64,000 nucleotides of DNA, from positions 97,170-161,169 of the forward strand of contig NW_005434553.1 in assembly GCF_000315625.1 (NCBI RefSeq), written 5' to 3'. Below are positions 10,889 to 22,278 of this stretch, in pieces. This DNA is from Guillardia theta CCMP2712 (taxonomy: Eukaryota; Protista; Cryptophyta). Within the stretch, counting starts at the first letter, position 1, and each line of letters starts with the position of its first letter. The position numbers and the translations under genes are program-made. The notes below the pieces were generated by a model that saw nothing but the letters and a program-made list of their open reading frames with translations, made no database searches and was not told the DNA's origin.

Positions 10889-13420
10889 ATGGGAGCAGCA
10901 TGCTTCGGCGCCAGGGAGGACGAAGAAATTCCTCAGCTGACAGCAGAGGTCGCCGATGCTCCAGTCAAAGGTCATCTTGAACTCTCGCTTGCTCTCCCCC
11001 CTGACCTCTCGTTCTCCCCATCTCTCCTCTTGCTGCCCCTCTTGGTCCCTGTGCTGATTGCTTCGCAACAGAGGGCGAGAGCAAGCCGCGCAGAAACGCT
11101 CGCTTTCCAGAGCTAGTTCATCTCCCTATGGAGGGAAATCCAGAGGTCAGAAAAGTTAGGGAGGGGGGCAAGGAGGGAGGGGAGGGGAGGGGAGGGGAGG
11201 GAGGTAGTGACGAGATGTGCGCGNNNNNNNNNNNNNNNNNNNNNNNNNNNNNNNNNNNNNNNNNNNNNNNNNNNNNNNNNNNNNNNNNNNNNNNNNNNNN
11301 NNNNNNNNNNNNNNNNNNNNNNNTACGTACGTACGTACGTACGTACGACGACGTACGTACGTACGTACGTACGTACGTACGTACGTACGTACATCCAGAG
11401 GTCAGAAAAGTTAGGGAGGGGGGCAAGGAGGGAGGGGAGGGGAGGGGAGGGGAGGGAGGTATGACGAGATGTGCGCGCAGGTCGACACTCCCTATGCTGC
11501 CTTCAATTTCTCTGCTGCTCGGTTTCCTGAACGGAATTGCTTGGGACATCGCGAGCTGTTACCGGACGGCAAGCGAGGAGGGTACGTGTGGCAGACGTAC
11601 GGGGAGGTGAATCAGCAGGTGAAGGCCCTCGGGGAGGGGCTCGTGCGAGTCTGCGGGCTGGCACGAGGGAGCAAGTGCGGCATCTACGCGACGAACCGGC
11701 CGGAGTGGACAGAGAGCATGCTGAGTATGTGGTCACAGGGCCTCGTGTGCGTGCCCCTCTACGACTCCGTAGGGTCAGACGCGGTGCGGTACATCATCAA
11801 CCATGCGGCGCTTCCCGTCGTCTTCTGTGAGCGGAGCAAGCTCTCCGTGCTGCTCGAGGCCGCCAAGGACTCGCGGTCGCTGCGGCACATCGTGCTGTAT
11901 GAGCCCCTGCAGGACGATGACGTGGAAGTGATGCACAAGGCTGGATCCCGGCGAGACCTCAAGCTGCACTCATGGACGGAAGTGAAGGCAGCGAGCAGGG
12001 AGAGCAGCGCGTCTTCGGGCTCCGCGCAGCGAGCAGGGGAGCTTGCGATGGTGCTCTACACGAGCGGGACGACAGGAGACCCCAAGGGAGTGATGCTCTC
12101 AGCTCAAAACCTGCTGGCATCGGCAGCTGGGTGTCTGCTGACGGACGAGACGTACGATGGGAAGGACACGCAGAGTTCAAGGAGGTTCGACAAAGCGACG
12201 TACGTGAGCTACCTGCCGCTGGCTCACAGCTTCGAGCTCAACATGCAGATCCTGATGCTCACATGCGGGGCCGCCATTGGCTTCTACCAGGGCGACGTGA
12301 GGAAGCTCGTGACCGACGACCTGCCGGCCCTCCAACCCACCATCATGCCGGGGGTCCCTCGCGTCTACAGCCGGATCTACGACAAGGTGGTGGGTACCAT
12401 GGAGGCTAAAGGACCGGTCATACGAGCTCTCTTCCGGATGGGATTGCGCGCTAACGAGCGGGCGATGGCGCGGGGGAAGCGCTCGTGGCTGTGGGACTCG
12501 CTCATGTTCAAGAAGCTGCAGGCGGTGCTGGGCGGCCGCGTCGAGATGTTCCTGTCAGGAGCTGCTCCGCTCAGCAGCGAGCTACATGGCTTCCTCAAGG
12601 TCGCGTTCAACGCCCCCGTCATTCAGGGCTACGGCATGACGGAGAACGCGGGAGCAGCTGTCGCCATGCCGCCCCTGCTCACGACAGTAGGAACCGTCGG
12701 AGCTCCTCTGCCATGCACGGAGGTGAAGCTGGTAGATGTGCCGGAGATGGAGTACAGCACGGAGGACGTGTACCCGAGGACGAGAGAAGAGTTTGAGCAG
12801 CAGGTGACCTTCAAGGGAAGCTTCGACCCGGCCATGGCCGGCAAGAAGCTGCCGCGAGGAGAGATCTGCATGCGGGGGAGGAACATCATGCAGGGCTACT
12901 ACAAGCTCGAGAGTGAGACAGCAGCGGTGCTCGATGCTGACGGCTGGCTGCATACGGGGGACGTCGGGCAGTGGAACCTGGACGGGAGCCTGAGCATCAT
13001 CGACAGGAAGAAGAACATCTTCAAGCTGTCGCAGGGCGAGTACATCGCCGTCGAGAGCATCGAGTCTGTTGTCGCCTCCTCCCGCTTCGTCCTCCAGTCG
13101 TGGGTCTACGGCAACTCGCTCGAGCCCGCCCTCGTCGCTGTCGTCGTTCCAGACAAGGAGGTAACGCTCCTCCTCCTCCTCCTCCTGCCTGTCCCCCCCT
13201 CTCTCCCGCTCCTCCTCCTCCTCCTGCCTGCAGGCGGTGCTCTCCTGGTGCAAGAAGCATAACATCGCGGGCTCACTCCAGCAAGTCTGTCGGGACCCTC
13301 GCGTGCAGAAGATGATCCTGAACGACATCCGCGAGTGCTGCGTCGCCGCCAGCCTGAGGGGCTACGAGCAGCCCAAGGCGATTCACCTTGAAGTGAACAA
13401 TCTCAACGAACTCGGCCAGG

Positions 13421-13457
<37 letters not shown>

Positions 13458-13731
13458 TGTGCTGTCCTACTCCTGTCTCTCTTCCATCCATGTGACCTCC
13501 TCCTTTCCTTGCGGTCTTGTCCATCTTTCAATCTCTTACGCTTCATCAGGGATTCACAGTACAGAACGACTGCCTGACGCCCTCCTTCAAGGTCTGCTGC
13601 CCCTCCCCGTCTTCTCTTCTCCGCTCACTCTCCCTCAGCTTCGTCGCCCTCAGCTGCTTCGCCGCTACAGCCAGCAGGTCGACGTCATGTACCAGCAGAT
13701 CCGCGAGAGTCTCCAGCACAGCTCCAGCTGA
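10889..13731 (+). CDS. LACS: Long-chain acyl-CoA synthetase (AMP-binding family), ~6 exons
   Basis: YTSGTTGDPKGV, YLPLAHSFE, GYGMTE, GWLHTGDVG, DRKKNIFKLSQGEYIA, LTPSFK/LRRPQL. Exons ~10889-10970, 11072-11145, 11481-13160, 13234-13419, ~13550-13591, ~13639-13731. Confidence 0.95.
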
Positions 13732-13817
13732 CGTGATCATCTGTAATCTAACAAGAGATAGTGCTAAGAGCACCGCTACCCCCTCTTCTACCACAACTAA
13801 CCCATGACCCCTCCCCC

Positions 13818-16800
13818 TTACTGGAGGACAAGGACTTTCTCTTCTTCTTTCCTCTCGCGCTTCATGTGGCCCGAGAGCGACTTGAGCGGCTGCGGAGAAA
13901 ATGAGAAGGAGGAGGAGGAGGGGGGGAGGAGAGGAGAGAGGAGGAGAGAGGAGGAGGAGCGGAGGAGGCAGGGCGAGGGGACCTGGAGGGCCCTAGAGTT
14001 GGCGACAGCTGCTGAGATTGGCTGAAGTTTGCGTGTCACACCTCCACCTCCTCCAGCTGGCGCCTTGCTGGTAGCGCGAGGCTTGTCAGGGCCCCTGCTG
14101 GCGGCAGGCTTGCGAGCCGTCAGGTCGATGTAGGCCTGCGGGAGTCTGAGCATGAGCATGAGGAGGAGGGGGAGGAGGAGGAGGAGGCAGTGCGGTGGGA
14201 GTCAGCGACTTAACCTGCATCTTCTCGATGGCGAGGGAGAATTCAGTCTCGAGGTTGGAGGAAGAGGAAGAGGCAGCGAGAGCTTCTCCGAAGGCTTCCC
14301 CGCTAGTCCATTCTGCTCACAAATCAGCTCCTCTTCCTCCTTCGACTGCTGCTCCTCCTAACCTCCGCTCCACCCTCGCTCGCGCTCGTTCTCTTCGCTT
14401 GCTGTTCCTTCCCGTTCCTCCTCCTGGGATCCCACCAGCCCGGCCACTTCATCGGCTGAGGCCTCGAGCCCCTTGAGCACCTCGTTGGCTCGCTCGACAG
14501 AGTGCTGGAGACAAGTGAGAGGAGGAGGAGGAGGAGGAGGAGGAGGAGGAAAGAGAGGAGGAGAGGGAGGGAGCGGAGTGTTACCCTGGAAGTGACATTG
14601 CTGGTGTCGGAGGGGGCGAAGGAGAGTTCGGCCTCCTCCTCCTCCTTCTCTCCAACAGTCTGCGAGCGATGCAGCTCCACCAGTCGAGCGACGAGCTCCT
14701 CCTACAAGCCCATCAGCCTCCTCGCCCCTGCCCCCACCCTCTCACCTTCTTCCCCGTCTTCTTGAGCCCCTTCCTCCCGCATAGCTCCTTGAGCGTCGGC
14801 ACTTTCATGGCCTGCAGCTCCTCTACCCCCGGGATCTTCTCCTCTCCTCCCTCCCCCTCCTCTCCTCCCTCGCGCTCCTCTCCTACCTCGCGCTCCCCCT
14901 TCACAGACCCTGCCTCCGACCCCTCCGACGTTCTTCCTCGCCGCTTCCTCTGCTCATTCCTGCGCCCTCCCTTGGCCGTCGGCACCCACTCGTCGTCCGA
15001 CTCGAGCTCCTCTTCCGCAGGCTCCTGGGCCTCCGTCAGCCTTGTCCCGGCGCTCTCGCTTCCCTCACCTCCTCCTCCGAGCTCTCCGACTCGATCACAA
15101 CTTCAACCTGCCCGACAGTGAGGCGAAGAGAGGAGGAGGAGGAGGAGGGGGAGGGGGAGGGGGAGGGGGAGGACCTTCGGGGGAGCTTTCTTCTTGGGTG
15201 GCTTCGCAGAGCTCTTGGCCTCCTTCAGCTCTTGCTCCTTCCTCTCGAGCTCTTTCTGCGCCTCCTCCTGCATCCTACTGCGTCAAGCTCAAGCTCAACC
15301 TCCTCCTCAGGACCTGTAGGGCAAGGAGTTCATCTCGCTGGATGCTGATGGAGGAGAGAGACTTGATGGCTTCCTCCTGCTCTCTCAGTCGCTCCTTCAG
15401 CTCCTCCGGCACGCCTCCTCCACTGGCCTCCGAGCACCTGCTGCCCGTCAGGAGGAGACAACAAAGATGAGTGGACGGAGAGAAGAAGAAAGTAAAAGGG
15501 GGGAAGTTAGGAGGGGGAGGAGGAGTATGATGATGACGACGATGATGATAAGAAGGAGGAGGAGGAGGAGGGGTTGGGGGGGATCGGAGCAAGTGGGGCT
15601 TACGATCTGGCAGACATGCTGGAGAGGAGGAGGAGAGTCTTCTGCTCAGCCTGCTGCTCCTGCTTGAGGGAGGCGATGGAGTATTGGTTCCTCGTCTCCC
15701 TCAGTTCTTTCTCCAGCTCCTCCACCTCTGCCTTGAGCCGCATCACTTCCTCGTCCTGCTCCGACACCTGCCAAGGCCATCAGCAAGACAACGAAGGAGG
15801 GAAGGGGGAGTCCAGGGGAGCAAGGCCTCACCTGGGAGGAGTTGAGAGCAGCTTCAAGTTCTGACTTGATGCAGAGAGAAAAAAGAAATCGAACTGACTT
15901 CTTGGCATCCTACACCAAACCTCAAAACACCTCCTCCCTCCTCCCCCTCCTCCTCTACCTGGATGGATCGCAGGTGCGGGCAGTTGAGCGCGACGTTTCT
16001 CTCTCTGTCGTTGTTCCCCTCCACCCCCAGCAGCTGACGTTGCAGCTCCCCAATCTGCTGCGAGCAGGCTTGCACCTGCTGCCCGAGCTCCTCCGTCCTC
16101 GCCCGCAGCTTCTCCTTCCCGTCCTCCTTCTGCTCCTCCTCCCTCCCCCTCTGCTGCCAGCGGCTCTGCAGGCTCGAGAGCTTCTCTCGCAGCGAGCTCG
16201 TCGTCGGCTGGCCGCCGCTCTTGGGCTCCTCCTGCTCCAGCAGCTCCTTCGCCTGCTGCAGCTCGGCATGCAGCTGGGAGCGAAGACTCATCTGCTCCGT
16301 GAGCGCGTTGCGAATCCTTCGAACCTGCAAGGACAAGTGAATAGAGGAGGAGGAGGAGGAGGAGGAGAAGGAGGAGGAGATTGTCTACCTCGACACAGAA
16401 GGAGATTTCTTGCTCAAACCACTGCTCAAGGTTCCCCTCCTTCTCCTCCTTTTCTCCCTTCGAGCTCTTCGCCTCCAGCAGTCTCTTCAGCCGCATGTTG
16501 GCAGCTGCTGCCTCCTCCATCTTTCGCTTCAACACCACCTGCCATGCCTCAGCCTCCTCCCCTCCTCCTCCCCAGCTCAGCACCTGCTGCTTGTCCAGCT
16601 GCAACTGAAACTTGTGAGCCTGATGCTCCGCTTGCTTCTGCTGCCTCTTGAGCATCAAAACCTGCGATTGCAAGTCAGACCAGCACCCTGCTTATGCTGG
16701 TCGTCACCTCCTTGCTGTGCTGGGCTCGCCATTCTTTGAATCGGTCGGACTCCATCTGCAGGCGCATCAGGACCGGCTCCTCCCCAGCTGACCCTCAGCT

Positions 16801-19800
16801 TCTTCACCTTCATCTTCCGCAGCAGCTTCACCTTGGCCTGAGCTCAACGTCAGCGCACCTTCAACCTCTGAGCTCTCCTCCACCTGCTTCATACCCTCGA
16901 TGTCTGCGCTCAGTTCCTGCCAGCAGGTCAGAGAACAAGCAAGAGGAGGAGGAGGAGGAGGAGGAGGAGGAGGAGGAGGAGGAGGAGGAAGAGGAGGAGG
17001 AGGAGGAAAGGCACCGCTATCCTTCTGTCGCTGTTCTGCTTCAGTCGCAGCATCTTCTCCTGCTCAGTCACCTGCCTCTCATCAGCCCCAGCAAGGCAAC
17101 TCCACCTCTCACTCTCTTCTTTGCGGCTGCGAGCTGCAGCTCGAGAGTCTCCAGCTTCTCCTGCGCCTCCTTCAGTTTCTCAGCTGCTTCCAACGGCTCC
17201 CACCGTCTCCTTAGAGGCCGCAGAGGCGGTGGACAGCTGGGCCTGCAGCTCGTCCACCTGCTGCCGCATCCTCTGCAGCTCCTTCTCGTCCGCTTCCTTG
17301 AGCGCGCAGAGTCGCTTCTCCCCTGCTGGAGGGTCAGCAGGGGCACAGCAGGAGAGGGCGGGTGCCTTCCAGCAGCTGGGACAGCAGCTGCTCCTTGAGC
17401 CCGAGAGCTTCTTCGATCCCTTGCAGCTCGTCGCTCAGAGCGACTTGACTCATCGTGTGGGCCAGCATGTCCTCAGACGCCTCCTCTCCCTCCTCCCCTG
17501 CCGCTGGCCCTACCCTCGAGAGCTCCAGCCTGCTCTCCTCCAGCACGCTCTCTTCCACCTGCCCAGCTCGTCACCGGCTGCTCGGCCCGCCAGCAGGCGT
17601 ACCGAGAAGCTCGCCTCCTCCTCCCAGCTAAGCCCCTGCTGCTGGCAGAGCCCCTGGAACTTGATTCTCAGCTTGTCAAACTGGATCTCTAGCTGGAGCG
17701 CTCGGCGGGTCCTGCGGCTCAGCTGCCACCAGCGGTCATGTGGTCGAAGTCAGCTGGGGTCTGCCTGACCTCAAGTGAGGTGGACTGGAGCTCCTCCTTG
17801 AGCCGCCTGCCTCCCGTCAGCTCCTCCTCCTCCTTCCAGTTCGGCCACCTCAGCTCCTCCTCGAGCTCCTTGACTCGAGTCGCGTCTCCCCCCGCCGGCA
17901 CTTGAGGCTTTCCTCCTCCTCCTCCACCTCCTCCTCCCGCAGCCACCTGAGCCTCGAGCTGCTGGATGTAAGCTCTGAGCGCGGCGACCTGCAGCCGTTT
18001 GAGACAGGAGGAGAGGAGAGGAGGAGAAGGGTAACGATAGGAAGGAGAGGAGAGATAGGGGATTGGGACCTCGGCGTTGGAGGAGGAGACGTTGACGACG
18101 GGCTTGTTCTTGATGTTCTTCGCTCTGTTGGCGTACTTGAGCGTGTTGAGCGTCTCCTCGAAGTTGCAGTCTGTCAGCCTGTCAGCCCTTCCGCTGTGCT
18201 AGGCTGCTGGGGACCTGCTGGGGAGACGCAGGCGATCATCATGGTCTTGCTGTTGCCTCCTAGCGAGTCCTGAAGAGAGAACCCGTCACGAGGGAAGAGC
18301 AGAACGGATGGGGAGGGGGAGGAGGAGGAGGGATGAGAGGAGGGTCTTACTTGGAGCATGCGGGTAAGCTTCGAGTCTCTGTACGGCACGTGGCCGTTTG
18401 CCCCTCCCTCTGCCTTCTCGCTCAGGGCTGAGATCACGTTGCCTAGCGCCTGTCGCGTGGTGAGCAGCTGAAACATGCTGGTGGCAGCGCAAGGGGAGAA
18501 GGAGGAGGAGCTGGGAAGGGAGGGATGAGAGGGGTGGGGTGGTTCAACCAGGAGGCCCTTGTTGATGTTGATTCCTTCCTTGAGGCGCTGCAGGTGAGGT
18601 TACGTTCGCTCGCCTGCTCGTTCCCGCCGCTCCTCACCTGCCCCTCAGCTTTCGTTCTCTTTGCCCTCTCACTGCCATCACCATCAGGCGCCTCCTGCTC
18701 CTGCTCCTCCGCTGCTCTCACCTTCCAGCCAAGTCCACGAGGTGGAGGCGAGCGACGACGTCTGTTCCTGCTGGACTTGAGGCTCCTCCTTCCTCGCCGG
18801 CAGTGCCACAGTAGATCTGGATGGACATGATAAGAGGAGAGGAGGAGGGGAGAAGAGAAGACGAGCACCTTCTCCATCGTGATGGTGAAGACAGCATGAG
18901 AGCGCGAGGATTGTCTGGAGAACAAGTTGAGAGGAAGAAGCACGAGGAGCACAAGCCCGACAGGTTCATGCAGGTGCTGCCAGTCGCTCGGTTGAGAGAT
19001 CCCTGCGAGGGGATAGTCACGAGAGAGAAAGTGGGACGGGGGGAGGAGAGGAGAGGAGAGGAGGGGGAGGAGAGGAGAGAAGAGGAGAGGAGAGGAGAGG
19101 AGAGGAGAGGAGAGGAGGGGAGGAGAGGAGAGGAGAGGAGAGGAGAGGAGGGGAGGAGAGGAGAGGAGAGGANNNNNNNNNNNNNNNNNNNNNNNNNNNN
19201 NNNNNNNNNNNNNNNNNNNNNNNNNNNNNNNNNNNNNNNNNNNNNNNNNNNNNNNNNNNNNNNNNNNNNNNNGAGAGGAGAGGAGAGGAGGGGGGAGGGG
19301 AGCAAGGTAGGGGTAGGGGTAGGGGTAGGGGAGAGAGTGGGGGTACCTTGTGCAGCCATGACATCACGTCGTCAGCAGAGGAAGTTTGGAAAGTTTCGAG
19401 GCCTGCTGACGCTCAGCTGGGATATGGCGAGTAAGTTGAAGGCACCGGCTACGATGACAGCTCCTGTGTTGTCCTCCCGGAGCGAGCAGACCTGCAAGAC
19501 TGACCGTCAACCTTCTCCTCCTCCTGCCTCCCCCCTCATCCTCCTCATGGTCATGAACGTCTCTTCTGTTTCCTCGTGTCATGCTTCACCTTCGAGCTGG
19601 GGTCGAGCAGGTCTCGGATGTCATCGTTGTGAATCTCCAGGAAGCTCACTCGCACTGTCAGCAGCCAGTCAGTCGCACATGCAGGACTCCATGACGCAAG
19701 ATGGAGGCACAGAGATCAGACGACACGTCTGCACATTATGAACTACTTACAGAGGTGACGGCAGTTCCCATCCTTCTCCTCCTCCTTGATCCGCGAGAAG

Positions 19801-20729
19801 ATCTCTCCCACCATTCCTGCTGGGGGTCAGCTGACCATTCCTCTCCCGCATCTCAGCTTCACTTGGAATGATCCCAACGCTCTCGTTCTCCTCCGCTGCC
19901 CGGCTGTTGGTGCCCATGGTGAAGGTCTTGCCAGAACCTGCGGCAGTCAGGGAGGTGAGGGAGAGGAGAGGAGAGAGGAGGGGAGTAGAGTGGAGAGAAC
20001 ATACCGGTCTGTCCATAGGCGAAGATAGTCACGTTGATGCCCTGGAGATGAGTGAGAGGCGGATGGGAGGGGAGGGCAGAAAGGGAGGAGAACACGGGAG
20101 GAAGCGAAGACGAGAGGGGATGGAAGAGCGAAGACGAGAGGGGATGGAAGAGGGGAGGCGAGGCTCCTCCTTGACCTCGAAGAAGGAATCCAGCAGAGGC
20201 TGGGCTGTCTTGTTGTAAACTTCCTGCTGGGGAGCATGGGAGTCGAAGACCTCGTCGAATGTGAAAGTTTTCTCTCCCCCGATCACAACCTGCGGCTCGT
20301 TGACCGCAACCTCCACACACCTCCCACAGGCCTGGTCAATCTGGTGGACCCAAACATCAGAATAGCATAATTTCGCCTTCTCTTGTGAAACTGCTTCACA
20401 AACAAACCCTACGACTCTCCCTAACCTTGCCTCAATCATTGTCACACAATCTCTCTCCATCCCTATTTGTCGGTCTGTCGATCTATCACCACCACTTCAT
20501 CTATCAACATACCATCAATCTCCTTTATAACATCACCATCTCGTCATTCAACAACTGCAACCGCATCTACTTCATGTTAATGTTCACACCATCCTCATTC
20601 ATCCACCACCACCACCACCTCCTCCTCCTCCTCCTCCTCCTCCTCCTCCTCCTCCTCCTCCTCCTCTCTTACCTCTGATCCCACCAAGGGTCTCACGCGC
20701 ACTGCCACCCGCACGTTTCCTCCCTCCAT
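13818..20729 (-). CDS. Kinesin-4-like (KIF4/KIF21/KIF27 group) N-terminal motor, long coiled coil, C-terminal SAP domain; many introns
   Basis: [107 protein letters not shown]; stalk [18 protein letters not shown] is KIF4-like. Confidence 0.92.
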
Positions 20730-20749
20730 TTTCAAATTCCTGCGCTTGC

Positions 20750-22237
20750 ACTGACCCTACCCCAGCTCCATATCACACCACCCGTACATATATCCCCACC
20801 CTACCCCTCGTTTCTACTCTTTTATCCATCACCCCTACGTTAAATCTATTCTGCTACTACCCTACCCCATACGGCTAGCTTGGGTTACCGCCGACCAACT
20901 TAAAGGCGGTGGTGGGTAGTCCTTCAAGTGGTACACGCCTTTTTGAACCATCAGTCATCCGAACTCGAAGCGGCCTCAGTAAGTTCAAGCAAATTCCGGG
21001 CCCCGATCGGATACCGTAGTAGTACGGTACCGTACGGACGGTACCGCGCGGCCGCGTACTGACCCGGGCGCGGCCGCACGGCGCCGCGGCGCCGGTACTT
21101 CGGAGCTGACCGGCCGGGGGCCGCCGCGCACAGCCGCGGCACCCGGCGGCGTCGGCGGGGGGCCGGGCCCGCGCCGCGGGCGCCGCCGCGGTTCACCGTC
21201 ACGGCGTTTCCGTGTACGGTTCGTCGCCGGCCGGGCGGCCGCCCCCGGGTCACTGGCGCGGCCGCGGTACCGGGTCACCCGGTACCGTACTGCGGCCCCG
21301 CGGGTTTGATGGAACGTATGCCACTGAGCCGTCACGGCGTGCCAGTCAGATAGCGCCGAGTTAACAAAAACTCTCCTGTAAACCAAGACGACTTACGTGT
21401 TTTGCGAGGCGGCAATGTAGCGTGTGGGACGACCGGCCCGGAGGGCCGGGCTTTCCTAGCCGTCTTGCTAAGGTCCTCTCATGTCTGGATGCTTGGCCCT
21501 GGGTTTCACATCCTAGCATACAGTCTATCTCTCATGTGCTCCTCAATTCTGGTTTTGTGTGCATTAAACTCGGTCTTGAGCAAAAACTGTCTTGTTACAA
21601 CGGTAGTAAGGTCGATGTGATATCTGCGTGACTTTGGACTAGTACAAGTCTAACAAACTTGTATTCCGTCGGTTATGAGCCTCGATTACATGCTCAATCA
21701 TGTTGATCTTATATTTGGTTAGTTGAATTGTTTACTGGAGTTTTTTCTTTCTTGGTATTGTTTTCCGTTGCTGTTGAAAATTCATGCAATTTTTATCAAG
21801 CCTTACACATTCGGATGACTCCTCTCTTCAATCAGGCTCTCTCTCTAGCCGCAAGTTGTTTAGGCCTCTCATCTCAGCTTCAATTTGTTTGATTGATCTT
21901 CGAATTGGCAAGCCTTTCCCCAGCCAGATTGGTCGGTCGAATATCTGCTTAACCGTGTGGAAACGCACTTGAAGCTGATTCGATTCTTATTTTTCTTGAT
22001 CTTTGAGTAGGATCAAATGGAACTACCAGGAGATCTGGCGGAAGTTTCATGTCATGGAGCTAGGCTGTGGCATGCATAACTGGAGCTACTTCTGGATCGG
22101 CGAACAAGGTACTACTGCACAACAATCTTCAAATGCCTTGAAACGGATCATGGTTCCAATCTCGCGGCAGCAATCTCTGGTCACAAGTTCTTTACGGTTC
22201 AAAAATTTATCTTTTGGTCTTCAAATGCCGGCGGGCA

Positions 22238-22278
<41 letters not shown>

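Noticed and set aside
11138-11478. Duplicated intron segment with a (TACG)n tract
   Set aside because: It abuts an N gap, and TACG is the 454 flow order; likely a sequencing or assembly artefact.
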